The translations under genes and the position numbers were made by a program. Source: Candidatus Cryosericum sp. (GTDB taxonomy: Bacteria > Caldisericota > Caldisericia > Cryosericales > Cryosericaceae). Taken from it: 44,489 nt of DNA. The DNA lies in assembly GCA_036385275.1 (NCBI GenBank), contig DASVKR010000010.1, forward strand, positions 1 to 44,489, given 5' to 3'. The notes under the pieces were generated by a model. That model was not told where the DNA came from. It saw nothing but the letters and a program-made list of their open reading frames with translations, and did no database searches. Below, in pieces: positions 18,668 through 29,382 of the stretch; the stretch's first letter is position 1, and each line of letters begins with the position of its first letter.

Positions 18668-20185
18668 CTAGTTCTCCATGTAGGCGCGGAACCATGGATT
18701 CTTCCTGCGCTTCTCCGCAAGGGTCTTCAATAGAGGAGATGGGAAGCCAGCGGCTCGCATAACGGCAAATACTGCGAGAAGCCACAGTTCAGACACTGCC
18801 TCCGGAAGCTCAGTACCCTTGAACACAACCGTTGTGATCTTTGAATGGCGGGAGTGCGTTTTGGCATTTCTCGTGTTCACTGCTTTGCTTACGAAGCCAC
18901 GGAGGCTCTTCCCGCGGAGAATACTACGGATAACTCCTGGGGCCAATTCTGACACCAGACTTTCGATCTTCTCCTTCTGCGTTGTGCCGAACATCTGTGG
19001 CTCGCTCGCATCTATCGCGTCCTGCAAGCGTCTTCGGATCTCTCGGGCAATGGTGTCGGAAGTCGGTCCGAAGTCGAACTGCAACAGTGATTCGCGCGCA
19101 GAGCACGCCGCCGCAGACTTGGCCGCTGCGCGGGCAGCACCGAAACCATCTTTATCTCGACCAGCGATCTCAACGTCCCGGTCGTCGGCGAGCGTCGCCA
19201 TGGCATCCACGAGAATCTGGAGGCTGTCGATTGGCGAGAATGTGAGTCGCGTCGTAGAGAGCACCGCTTCTAGAAACCTCTTCTCAGGCGATCCATCCCC
19301 TTCAAACCACTGAACGAATCTCGAGCTGATTCTCTTCCTGAATGGCTCGATCTCTGGGAGCGTGAAGAGCATGGCGACTCGAGGGCAGAAGACCAAAACA
19401 CGATTGAATGACTCCTCGGGAGGAAATGTCCACACATCGACACGCAGTGGGAGTCCGACCTTCTGTCGCTCCGCAAGGGTGACTTCCATTGAGAGAGAAG
19501 GGGCGGGCGATCTGGTCGCCAGTTCCAGGACCATACCAACGGCGTGACGCAGGCGCACGAGTTCCCCGAGAGGGCGCGGTGAGGCAAGACTCAGGAGAAG
19601 CTGTGATTGTGGAGCGATAGACGAGGATGGGATTCCCCGGTATGAGAACATCCTCCGCCCTCGAGTTAGCAACAAGACCCCTAGTTGGGCCTTCTCAAGG
19701 ATCGGTTTCTCGCTATGCCAGGGGTCGGTGGACCTGAGCAGCGCTTCCACATCCAGATCCGTCATGCACCACTCTGAGAGACTGTGGAGTTCAAACGAAG
19801 CGGACGATACCAGAGACTCTGTTGTCAGACCGTCCAGCTTGGCTCTTGTGGCTAGGACGAAGTGAACGTCATAGACGTGCGATCGAACGTCTGTCCCGTG
19901 GAGGCTCCACTGACGTAGCTTGACCTCCAGTGCAAGTAGTGTTCCATGCTCACTGGTCTCGCACGTCAGGCAAGCTATTGAACGTGCTCTGGGGAAGCGA
20001 GGGCCTGTCAGTTCAAGTCGAATTCCGGACTTGGCATCTGCATAAAGAGTCCCGGCGTAGGACTGATTCGGTCCTGTCCCATGCCAGATACCTGTAACCG
20101 TCTTCTCAACGCGTGCTTCGTAATAGTGCTGTGCGCTGAGTTCGCCGACATACCAGTCATTGTTCACATCATGCCCCCACATCAA
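18668..20185 (-). CDS. ApeA-like protein (ApeA N-terminal domain + HEPN), putative anti-phage
   Basis: G.W.......AGTL.......IRLEL.G N-terminal motif; HEPN motif TRNAKTH; true start probably somewhat downstream of 20185. Confidence 0.7.
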   Translation of the reverse strand: MMWGHDVNNDWYVGELSAQHYYEARVEKTVTGIWHGTGPNQSYAGTLYADAKSGIRLELTGPRFPRARSIACLTCETSEHGTLLALEVKLRQWSLHGTDVRSHVYDVHFVLATRAKLDGLTTESLVSSASFELHSLSEWCMTDLDVEALLRSTDPWHSEKPILEKAQLGVLLLTRGRRMFSYRGIPSSSIAPQSQLLLSLASPRPLGELVRLRHAVGMVLELATRSPAPSLSMEVTLAERQKVGLPLRVDVWTFPPEESFNRVLVFCPRVAMLFTLPEIEPFRKRISSRFVQWFEGDGSPEKRFLEAVLSTTRLTFSPIDSLQILVDAMATLADDRDVEIAGRDKDGFGAARAAAKSAAACSARESLLQFDFGPTSDTIAREIRRRLQDAIDASEPQMFGTTQKEKIESLVSELAPGVIRSILRGKSLRGFVSKAVNTRNAKTHSRHSKITTVVFKGTELPEAVSELWLLAVFAVMRAAGFPSPLLKTLAEKRRKNPWFRAYMEN

Positions 20186-20704
20186 GCCGAAGCGGGATGA
20201 CGCTTGCCATCCTCTTGGTGTCGTTCACGTGAAGCCCGTGACTCACTGGAGAAGGAAGTGATCTCGTCTGTCATCGCCGTGGTGTCCGTGTACTACCGTA
20301 GCTTATATCGTACGAGCGCCCCTTTCAACTCCTTCGTCTTGGAGTACGAGTTCAGACGATGCAGAAAATGACGAGCTCGGATGGCACGTGTCGGACTTGG
20401 AGACGGCTGTCCCTGATGTGGAGTCGGTGCTCCTGATCTGCTATCCTGCCTTCTACCTGCAAGAGCGCGTACACGAATGAAGGTGTCTGGCGTCAGCAAC
20501 GATGAGGATGCTCACACTGCGGACCGTCCGCCTGTGCCCAGAGTGATGAAGACTTGTGACGAGCACCATGCGTGGAGCAGAGTCCCCGTGCCGGTCAAGC
20601 TCTCTTGTGGATTCAGTTCTGCGGGCTAAGATGGACAGTGGCCGCTTGGGGATGCTGTCCTAGTCGGCACATGTGATGGTTGTCCGGGCCGCAAGGAGGC
20701 GCAC

Positions 20705-21385
20705 ATGAACAAGGGGGGACTACGGTTACTTGACATGCCCGAGGACATGTCTCTCTTCAAAGGGACTCTGATACTCACGGCAGAATGCTCAAGGAGCATG
20801 AACGCCGGTGGTTTTGCCTACTGCCCGTCAGCGGTGAACATCACATTCTGGGCCGGGCCTGGATCCTCGACGGGGAATGCCAGAGCATATCTTCTCAAGC
20901 TGTTGGGCGGCTGTGGCTCGAGTCTTCCTGATCTCATGGAAGGGATGAAAGCCGTGGTAGAGAGATATGACGACCCAGCAGCATGCCATGCAGACGATGG
21001 TAGGCGCGAGATCCTGACTGTGACAGTTGGACTGGCTCCTTCGGACGGTGTAATGAAAGTTGTGCTCCTGTTCATCAAGTTCTGCATGGCGAACGGGAAT
21101 GGCAGGACGGCAAAGAAGTTCGGTCTGTTCGCCGGGTCCGCACTGGATAATGGATGTGACAGGCTCCGTCTGATGAGGGAGATATACAGGGAGTTCAAGA
21201 AGAAGCAGGAGGAGATACGAGTGCAGAAGGATGAAGTAAAGAAGGAGATGCAGGAGAAGGGCATCGAGGAGAGTGAGATAGATGCCAAGATTACAGCCAT
21301 GGATGACGATGTTTACATGACTTCAGTCGACCCCAGTGAACGCGATGAGTTTAGGGCGTATCGCCTGCGTCTTATCTCATGCTAA
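20705..21385 (+). CDS. Hypothetical protein with charged coiled-coil C-terminus
   Basis: AAGGAGG RBS, 226-aa ORF. Confidence 0.7.
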   Translation: MNKGGLRLLDMPEDMSLFKGTLILTAECSRSMNAGGFAYCPSAVNITFWAGPGSSTGNARAYLLKLLGGCGSSLPDLMEGMKAVVERYDDPAACHADDGRREILTVTVGLAPSDGVMKVVLLFIKFCMANGNGRTAKKFGLFAGSALDNGCDRLRLMREIYREFKKKQEEIRVQKDEVKKEMQEKGIEESEIDAKITAMDDDVYMTSVDPSERDEFRAYRLRLISC

Positions 21386-21695
21386 CACACCTCTAGTGGA
21401 TGAGTTGTTCCAAGTGTGGTCGTCCAAGACCGCTCCTGAGTGTCGTACTAACGGAACTGCACTCCTAGACCGACTTGGTCGAGTCTATCTCACGGTTCTT
21501 GCCTTCCCGAGAATAGGTTGCCCGCTAGAGCCGTGACACTGCGAGCAAGCCCTGTTGCTATGTCCAGTTGAGCTGCCAGGTTGATTGCAATGAGGTCTGC
21601 ATCCTTCGTGGCTCCTCCCGCAGCCGCCCTTATCTCTGCCCCCGGCTTCCTCCGGGGGCATGCTTGTCTCACGAAGAAAGTGACTGGGGCCAGGC

Positions 21696-21710
21696 GGTGG
21701 AGATGGTGGG
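21696..21710 (+). repeat. Possible degenerate att-like core
   Basis: GGTGGAGATGGTGGG, intergenic, same orientation as the other cores; only 9 bp exact. Confidence 0.3.
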
Positions 21711-21868
21711 CGAACAGGCACCCGTGCGATCTATAGGCATAGTCAATGTTGAAGCTGGTCTTGGAGGTAGTCCTTGGTGTCGGTAGCTGCTTGAACGGGA
21801 AGGACACTACGCACCGTGAATGCTCGATCCCCCGTAAGAGTGCAAAGCAGGAGCTGACAGCAGGAATG

Positions 21869-21897
21869 TTGACTCCATTCCATGAAACGGTGATAAT
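21869..21897 (+). promoter_or_regulatory. Putative sigma70-type promoter
   Basis: TTGACT-17bp-GATAAT upstream of ATG 21973. Confidence 0.4.
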
Positions 21898-21972
21898 AGA
21901 CATGGATTGAAGGTACTGCCTGCTTGGAGCGAACCAAGCACTCTGACCGGGCGCAGTGGGGTGGGGGCAAGT

Positions 21973-22889
21973 ATGTTGATGTTATGTCCTGAGTGCAAAG
22001 AGAAGGTCAGTGACAAAGCGCACGTCTGTCCACATTGTGGCTTTCAGATAGACACCCTCGTCACATGCCCAGATTGCGGCAAGCTGGTCCTGCCTGGCAC
22101 GATTGCCTGTCCAGTGTGTGGGTATCCGTTTTCCACGGCTGGCGTTTCCTCTGAGAATCGTGCGGTGTCACCAATCCACCCCAAATCTGGAGTGACTCTC
22201 AATGATAAGATGCAGGAAGGTGCTCACGTTGAAGCCTCTGTGTCGATTACATCGCACGACGGGAGGAATTCTCGGCGACGGTCGTCGAATGATTCGGCGA
22301 TGACGGGGCCTTGGGCAGTTTCAAGAGGCACCGGAGATTCATTAGAGGAGTCAAGTGTGTATTGGAGGCGCTTCACACACGTGATATGTGCCACAGACTA
22401 CACAACCACGTACGTGCCATCGAGGCCCTGATACCTCTGGCAAACGGCGAGGGATGTTGGGATTTCGCGGAACGGCTTTGCGATCTGGCAACCTATCCGA
22501 CTTGGGGAGAGAAGTCCCTCGAACGCAAGCGCAAGAACCATGTACGCCCGTATCAGGTGGGAGGCAATACTCGGTATCTGCACCGCTTTGAGGATCTTTA
22601 CGTTCTGAGGAGCAAGATAGAACATCTCCTGGATCCGAGTGATGCACGACCTGACATCTCAGACCGCGAGTTCGCGCGCTACATTGAATCTGAGTGTCGG
22701 CTCGCGGAAAGGGTGGCGTTTGGGCTCTATCGGCGGATACTCCTGAACTCAGATCTCCTGCGTATCTTCTGTGACATAGAACTGCTCAATCAGTTCTGGC
22801 ACAGTGACTCGGAAAACCGGCGTTCGACGTGGGGTATCCAAATCCGAACGGACGGCCGGTGCTCAAAAGGCATGCGGGACTGCAGCTGA
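21973..22889 (+). pseudogene. Disrupted zinc-ribbon + HEPN-like gene (or two overlapping fragments)
   Basis: Four CxxC pairs from ATG 21973; other frame has RLH.HVRAIEALI and LYVLRSKIEH; frame change near 22230 and TGA at 22290-22292. Confidence 0.55.
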
Positions 22890-22924
22890 CCGTGTGGTTC
22901 TCACTGGTCGAGTAAGTGGTCAAG

Positions 22925-23000
22925 TGGTGGAGCCGAGGGGGAACGCCCCTCCTGACAACCACTTTGTCGGTGCTATTGTCAGCATTCCCCAAGCTAGATC
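22925..23000 (+). repeat. att-like site, family C
   Basis: TGGTGGAGCCGAGGGGG; reads VVEPRGNAPPDNHFVGAIVSIPQA, colinear with MVEPRGKDRSSRPLLDALLTVLRA at 16753. Confidence 0.75.
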
Positions 23001-23132
23001 ACTAGGTTCGAAGCCATGTTCGCAGAAGAAGATATCCAGCCGGGTTCATCCGGCCTAGCCAGACTCTTTGAGGCCGCCGCTCGTGACAGTGGGCCTGCCG
23101 TGTCAATGGCATCGACTGGATAGTCAAGCCGC

Positions 23133-23160
23133 TTGACATCTGCTGCACTGTAGTTAGCAT
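23133..23160 (+). promoter_or_regulatory. Putative sigma70-type promoter
   Basis: TTGACA-16bp-TAGCAT. Confidence 0.35.
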
Positions 23161-23329
23161 GAGGCTATCAGGGACCGCTGGAATTGAAGGGGGCAGGGAC
23201 TATGGGCAGAGCAGTAGCGGGCTATGAGGGACCGGAAGACGCGTTAGATCCAGTCAACATCGCGGGGTCGTTCTTGGCCGGGGAACGAGCCGCCTTCCAA
23301 GCACTTGTCGTGACAACGGGCCGTTTGCA

Positions 23330-24982
23330 GTGAGACTCCATTCGAGTAGGCGGCGCCTGCCGATCCGGAACATCATGGAAGTGAGCTTGATTTGCGCCCT
23401 CGCACTCTTGGCGATTGTGGGCATCATCTCGCCAGAACGAGTGCCGGACGTCCTTGGACTACGCATCCCGGAGACCGGAACGGGCGCCCTCACAGTAGTT
23501 GGCGAAACAGCAGGCACAATGCTCGCTCTCTTCGGTGCAGCCCTTCTCTTCGGACTGGAGACATACCGACAGAGCTATGGGTCTCGGTACTGGGAAGCGC
23601 TGTCCACCTCTCTCAACTTGAGGTCACTCATCGCCTACCACCTTCTGTGCTTGGTGGCGTCGTTTGCTGCATTTGGACTCCGCGGTTCAGGGAGAGTATA
23701 TCAGTCAATTCTGCTCGCGGATCTTGCAGTTGTTCTCCTTGCGATTAGTGTCACCAAGGTCGTCGCAGCAGCGCACAGAATCATTGTCGAGCCTCGCCAA
23801 CTTGTCTACCTCGATGAGGTTCTATACGGAGATGGGACATATAGTGCTAGCAAGATTGGGGAAGACGCACACGCCGGTGCACTGTCGGAAGACACAATAT
23901 CGTACTTTGGAGAGGCTGCGCAGTTGGCTGTGCTACGTCACGATGACTACGCGCTAGACCAAGTTCTCGAGAGAAGCTGGGACAGAGTTGTCAACGTACA
24001 CGATAGTCAATGGGAGTACATTCGAATGATGACACGAAAGCCGCAGTCGCCGTTTCGGATCGACTGCAATGCATATGCACAGATCATGGAGAGTGCGCTA
24101 CGCGAATCGAGAAGGTCACAGGATGCTGCCATGATTGGGACCATCTTGCGGCATGTGCGCCCGGTTCTTGAGTGTGTCGTTGGTGCCGACTTGGACATGG
24201 TAGATGCTGTAGAAGTCATACACGTGTGGCAGAGGATCGTAAGGACGGCTATCTCAGAAAACTGGAGCCCGTTGCTTGTCAGTGCATGTCCCATCGTTGA
24301 CATGATAGTCACGCAACGAGCTGATCACAGAGGATATCCACCACCACTCGCAGCCAAGTGGCTAGCCCGATGGTCTAGGAATGCAGCGTTGAGTGGAAAC
24401 CTGTATCTGCTTGTGCCATTGCTGAACTGTGAGACGAGACTGGTAAGGGCTTTCCGAGAATCACATACTGCGGATGATGCATGCGCGCTCCAGTGGTTTG
24501 ACTTCTTGCGGACACTCTATGATTCCTTTGGGGAGATGATAGACCTGGCCATGCAGAAAGGAATTGACATGAGCGACCTGCGGCTCCAGGACTCACTTCT
24601 GAGCCCTGCATTCTTCTCAGAGTCAGTGGTCTCGATCGACAATGGTCAATCCTGCATCGAAGCGGTCTATCTTGACATTGCACACCATGTTCTGGCTCAC
24701 GCGGCTTTGCCTGCTACAGTCCAGGAGATGATTGAGTCGGTGGTGACCAGGCTACAGGACAACTCACAAGGCCTTGGTCAATACGGAAGAGCTCTGATAG
24801 TCACTCTGCAAGAAACCTATACGAGTACGCCAGAAGGAGAATCGGGGCAGCATGATCGGGTCTGGGCGACGAAGCTGCTCAAGTCAGTGTATGATGCAGC
24901 TGTAGATGCAGAGCAAGTCAATGTAGTCAGGCAATGCGAAGTCTCAGCCACTTCTATGGGAGCTCGGTTGGAAGATTGCTAG
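23330..24982 (+). CDS. Membrane protein with 4 N-terminal TM helices and helical cytoplasmic domain (DUF2254-like architecture)
   Basis: Hydrophobic helices and LETYRQSYGSR motif; alternative ATG start at 23375. Confidence 0.7.
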   Translation: MRLHSSRRRLPIRNIMEVSLICALALLAIVGIISPERVPDVLGLRIPETGTGALTVVGETAGTMLALFGAALLFGLETYRQSYGSRYWEALSTSLNLRSLIAYHLLCLVASFAAFGLRGSGRVYQSILLADLAVVLLAISVTKVVAAAHRIIVEPRQLVYLDEVLYGDGTYSASKIGEDAHAGALSEDTISYFGEAAQLAVLRHDDYALDQVLERSWDRVVNVHDSQWEYIRMMTRKPQSPFRIDCNAYAQIMESALRESRRSQDAAMIGTILRHVRPVLECVVGADLDMVDAVEVIHVWQRIVRTAISENWSPLLVSACPIVDMIVTQRADHRGYPPPLAAKWLARWSRNAALSGNLYLLVPLLNCETRLVRAFRESHTADDACALQWFDFLRTLYDSFGEMIDLAMQKGIDMSDLRLQDSLLSPAFFSESVVSIDNGQSCIEAVYLDIAHHVLAHAALPATVQEMIESVVTRLQDNSQGLGQYGRALIVTLQETYTSTPEGESGQHDRVWATKLLKSVYDAAVDAEQVNVVRQCEVSATSMGARLEDC

Positions 24983-25448
24983 AGGCATCTTCGGTGTGTC
25001 AACGGTTCGATCTGACCATAAGTGGACGCGAGTTCAGCGTCGAGCGCTCGACTGGAGACCTGCCCGGTTCGTACATCAGAGGGAATTTCGGAATAAGTCG
25101 ACCAACAAGGTTAGTTGCATCATAGTGACATGCGCTGCGCTCGATTCCAGCGTCAACAAGCTCGACTCTACAGAGACATCTTTCAGCGACCTTGGCCTAT
25201 GAGGGATGTGAGGGTATGAAGCATTGATACTCGACAACGGCGCGGCGACCTCTAGGTTCGTCGGGGCCGAGTCGTTCTAGGTGTGGGATGTCTGAGGAGA
25301 TCGTTCCTGCGTCGGACTTGCCGAGCACATCGATGAGTCTGTTGAGGTGGACGAGGCAACCGCACCCTGGATCGTGCATGCGCCAGGTCATCGCTGATTG
25401 AAGCGAGAGTCTTGGAGTTGTCGACTCGCGGAGGAGGGACAGAACGGG

Positions 25449-28400
25449 ATGAGCAGAATCATTAGTGAACTGGAACTGGATCAATGGGTCAGGAATCATC
25501 CGACACCTGCGGAGAGCGTGATTCCGGAACTCCTGTTGCGACTTGTCAGGCAATCTTGCCCGGGAGCCGTAGAGAGACGCATCCCGATTGGCGACAGCGT
25601 GAACCAGCCAGGGCTCGATGGCGTTCTTGTCGCGGACCAGGGTTTCGGCGCTTTCGTGCCGACAGGGAAATCCTGTTGGGAGATTGGGATTGGAGCAGAT
25701 GCAGCTGAGAAGGCGACGGACGACTATGCCAAACGGACGACCGGACTGAACACGTCGGTTCCAGAAGACATCAGGAAGGAATCGACCTTCATCTTTGTCT
25801 CACCCCTGTCGGCACAGAGAAGCTGGCGAAGAGAATCCCAGTCAGTATGGCTGGCACGGCACAGAAGTCGCAATGAGTGGGCTGATGTCCGGATCGTTGA
25901 CGGAACCGGGATCGTTGATTGGCTGGAGGATTTCCCGGATGTCGAGTTGTGGCTCGCGGGACGAATGGGGATTCACGTTGAGCAGATCGAGCTCGCGAGT
26001 CAACACTGGAAGAAAGTGTCTTCTGTTGGCAGCCACAGGCTCGCACCAGAACTGTATCTTGCAGGTCGCGAAGCCGTCTCGAGCGCGCTGGAAAAGTCGT
26101 TTGCTCATGAGCAGAAGCAGCTGGAGATTGACACCCATTTCCCCGGTGAAGCAGTGGATTTCGTGTCAGCTTTCATCGCATCGAAGGAGGTGCGCGGAGG
26201 ACAACCGGGGCTTGATCAGTGCCTGATTGTATCCGGAAGAGAAGCTTTTGATGAGATTGCGGGACTTGAAACAACCAGGGTGTTGGTTCTCGACTTCCCG
26301 TTCGGCGACGACAACACGATGACGTCCGCCATCGCACAAGTAGAATCGAAAGGAAACGTAGTTGTTTATGAAGGAGTACCGGGAGGCCAAGAAGACTCGG
26401 AAAGGGTGTTGCTGGCAAAGCCACGCAGGCATGCGATTGAAGAGAATCTTGTGAAGGCTGGTTACTCAGAAGAGCGAGCTCGGTTACTGGCACAGCAGAG
26501 TGATCAGAACCTGAGCGCTCTTCTTAGGCTGATTCAGGGCGTTCCAGCGGCACCTGAGTGGTCTCGCAGCGGAGAGGCTGCTGACCTCGCTTTGGCTCAG
26601 CTGGCAGGTGGATGGCATGAGGACTTGCCGGCTGACAAGGCGGCGGTCGAAGAGCTGTCAGGCAGGGACTATGCGACCTGGGCTACGAGGCTCAGTGGGA
26701 TCATTGCTCAGCGGCGAAGCCCGATCGTCCGGAAGGGAAAGGTGTGGCAATTCGCCGCACGCTATGAGGGTTGGCAATGCTTGGGCCAGCTGGTTCACGA
26801 CGAGGATCTTGACAGATTCCGGAGAGTTTCCATCGATGTCCTGAGTGAGCGTGATCCCCAATTCGACCTTCCCCCAGACAAGCGATTTGCGGCATCGATG
26901 TATGGCAAGACGCTCACGCATTCCGTCCAACTGAGAAAAGGATTGTCCGAGACCTTGGCGCTCCTCGGGGGTTACCCAAACACACTTACATCATGCTCAG
27001 CGGGGAGCGCCGAGGGGACTGCCACGCTTGTCGTCAGGGGCGTTCTGTCGGGGGCAGGCTGGGACCGATGGGCCAGCCTCAATGATGTGCTGCCTCTTCT
27101 CGCTGAAGCTGCGCCATTGGAGTTCCTGGATGCAGTTGACAAGTCTCTTCGCATGTCGCCGTGTCCTTTCGACACTGTTTTAGCTCAGGAGGGGAAGGAC
27201 CTGCTAACCGGAGGGAACTACATGACTGGTCTTCTTTGGGCGCTAGAAGGACTCGCCTGGAGTCGGGACTATTTCTCGAGAGTAGTGAGCATCTTGGGAG
27301 AACTGGCCCAGCGCGATCCATCAGGGAACTCGGCGAACCGTCCAGCCAACTCCTTGGTGGCAATTCTACTACCGTGGCAGCCTCAAACGACTGCCGCGCT
27401 GCAACAGAGAACGGCAGCGGTTGCGATCCTGTGCAAGAGTCAACCGGGAGTTGCCTGGAGTCTTCTAGTCACCATGCTTCCATCGATGCATCAGGTCTCT
27501 TGGCCCTCCCACCGCCCTGTTTGGCAGACCGGATGGATTCCTGAAGACTGGCGCAAAGGTGTGACGACACCGGAGTACTGGGATGCAGTCTCGGCCTATG
27601 CTGATATGACAATGGGCATGGCAAGGGACAACCTGCAGCGTCTCATGGAACTACTGGAGCATCTGAACGGTCTGTCGCCACAAGCCTTGGACGAACTACT
27701 CGTATACCTCAATTCGGATTCGATCAAGTCCCTACCTGAGAGCCAAAGAACTTGCATTTGGAATCGGCTGATGGAGTTCCTCAGTGACACCAAGAGGACA
27801 AACAGGGCTAAAGGGGCAGTGACGCCAGAAGTGCTCAACAAGATCGGAGGCGTCGCAGAAGAGATCTCCCCGAAGTCTCCCATCTATCGGCATCAGCGTC
27901 TCTTTACTGATAGAATACGAGGTCTATTCGATGACCAGGGGAGCTATGCGGAACAGCAGAAACGCCTTGATGAGCAACAGCAGGCGGCTGTCAGTGAGGT
28001 GTACAAAGCTCATGGCTATGACGGTCTCCTGAGGTTCGTCGATGCCGTACAGTCGCCGTCCCGGGTTGGATCAGCCCTGGGCGCTATTGCAGATGCCGCG
28101 GTCGATGCACGGATCCTCCCGTCGCTGATAGATTCGGATGATACAACAATCGGACAGTTCCTCGGCAGTTTCGTGTGGCGCAGGTACTTCATTCTGGGCT
28201 GGCAATGGGTTGACGCTCTAGATACTGCTTGTTGGACTTCCGATCAGAAGGCCCAATTCCTGGCATACCTGCCCTTTGCTTCGGGGACTTGGAGGCGAAT
28301 TCCGGTATGGATGAAAGAAGATGAAGCGAAGTACTGGGTCAAGACTCCTGCGGAACCGCGCGAGGACGACGAGAACCTTGCAGGTGCCGCCGAGAGACTG

Positions 28401-29264
28401 CTGGAGTTCGGTCGCCCATTGGCCGCCGTACGGTGTCTTGAGCACATAGCTCTCCAGAACAAGCCGATCGACAGTCAGCAAATCATTCGGACTCTAAGGC
28501 AAGCGGTTACGTCTTCTGAAAGACCCTATCAGGACGATGGATATGCCATCTCGAAACTCATAGACGCGGTGCAGCGGGATTCCACAGTGAAACGATCAGA
28601 TGTCGCCGCAGTGGAATGGACATTTCTGCCTCTTCTAGATGGGTATCTCGACGGGGCACACCACAAAGCGCTAGATCGTGAGCTTGCGGAGAGTCCTGCC
28701 TTCTTCTGTCAGGTGATTCGGATGGTGTTCGGCTCTGCGAAGGAGAAGGGACAGCAGCGCGACCTGGGTGAACAACAGATGAAGATGGCCGAGAACGGCT
28801 ATCGGTTGCTGAGTGAATGGGAGATTCCCCCGGGGCTGCATGAGGATGGGACATTTCACGGCGGGGATATGGTTTCTTGGCTGAACCATATCGAGGAGGA
28901 GTGCATGGAATCTGGTCATCTTGAAGTTGCCTTGGACATCGCTGGACAGGTCCTCTTCCATGTTCCTTCCGATCCCGACGGTCTCTGGATTGACGAGTCT
29001 GCCGCGAGAGTCTTGGATGAAAATGACGAGAGCGCCGAGCGTCTTCGTTCTGGGTTTGGCAGTGCAATAGTGAACTCGCGGGGCGCTCACTGGGTAGACC
29101 CCTCGGGACAGGAAGAGCGAGCATTGGCAGATGGATACCGCCAGAAGGCTGATGCTCTGAACATACATGGATACTCCCGCTTAGCTGCGACCTTTCAGGG
29201 AATTGCGAAGAGGTACGACCAGGAAGCAGGGGAGGTTGTGGCACGCCGTGAGTCGGAAGAGTAG
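25449..29264 (+). CDS. Large putative defence protein: restriction-endonuclease-like N-terminus, degenerate NTPase-like region, long helical sensor region
   Basis: PELLLRLV, PGLDGVL, VP.G.S.WEIG, KATDDY.KRT motifs; LAGRE after nuclease domain but no canonical Walker A; LLWALE.LAW, ANRP.NSL; ATG 25449 preferred to TTG 25398. Confidence 0.75.
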   Translation: MSRIISELELDQWVRNHPTPAESVIPELLLRLVRQSCPGAVERRIPIGDSVNQPGLDGVLVADQGFGAFVPTGKSCWEIGIGADAAEKATDDYAKRTTGLNTSVPEDIRKESTFIFVSPLSAQRSWRRESQSVWLARHRSRNEWADVRIVDGTGIVDWLEDFPDVELWLAGRMGIHVEQIELASQHWKKVSSVGSHRLAPELYLAGREAVSSALEKSFAHEQKQLEIDTHFPGEAVDFVSAFIASKEVRGGQPGLDQCLIVSGREAFDEIAGLETTRVLVLDFPFGDDNTMTSAIAQVESKGNVVVYEGVPGGQEDSERVLLAKPRRHAIEENLVKAGYSEERARLLAQQSDQNLSALLRLIQGVPAAPEWSRSGEAADLALAQLAGGWHEDLPADKAAVEELSGRDYATWATRLSGIIAQRRSPIVRKGKVWQFAARYEGWQCLGQLVHDEDLDRFRRVSIDVLSERDPQFDLPPDKRFAASMYGKTLTHSVQLRKGLSETLALLGGYPNTLTSCSAGSAEGTATLVVRGVLSGAGWDRWASLNDVLPLLAEAAPLEFLDAVDKSLRMSPCPFDTVLAQEGKDLLTGGNYMTGLLWALEGLAWSRDYFSRVVSILGELAQRDPSGNSANRPANSLVAILLPWQPQTTAALQQRTAAVAILCKSQPGVAWSLLVTMLPSMHQVSWPSHRPVWQTGWIPEDWRKGVTTPEYWDAVSAYADMTMGMARDNLQRLMELLEHLNGLSPQALDELLVYLNSDSIKSLPESQRTCIWNRLMEFLSDTKRTNRAKGAVTPEVLNKIGGVAEEISPKSPIYRHQRLFTDRIRGLFDDQGSYAEQQKRLDEQQQAAVSEVYKAHGYDGLLRFVDAVQSPSRVGSALGAIADAAVDARILPSLIDSDDTTIGQFLGSFVWRRYFILGWQWVDALDTACWTSDQKAQFLAYLPFASGTWRRIPVWMKEDEAKYWVKTPAEPREDDENLAGAAERLLEFGRPLAAVRCLEHIALQNKPIDSQQIIRTLRQAVTSSERPYQDDGYAISKLIDAVQRDSTVKRSDVAAVEWTFLPLLDGYLDGAHHKALDRELAESPAFFCQVIRMVFGSAKEKGQQRDLGEQQMKMAENGYRLLSEWEIPPGLHEDGTFHGGDMVSWLNHIEEECMESGHLEVALDIAGQVLFHVPSDPDGLWIDESAARVLDENDESAERLRSGFGSAIVNSRGAHWVDPSGQEERALADGYRQKADALNIHGYSRLAATFQGIAKRYDQEAGEVVARRESEE

Positions 29265-29382
29265 TTGACGTGAGGATCCTCGTTGTCAGACTGCCAAGAG
29301 ACACGACCGCACTGTCGATCCTCCGGCAGCCAATTGTGTCTCCGGATGAATTGTCCCTAGAGGAGAGGAGGTCCGCATCGGC

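Noticed and set aside
22290-22292. Selenocysteine or recoded TGA in the HEPN-like frame
   Set aside because: No Cys-equivalent context or evident SECIS, and a nearby frame change indicates decay
24996-25440. Possible additional att site or gene remnant between 24982 and 25449
   Set aside because: No match to any of the three arm families that I could verify
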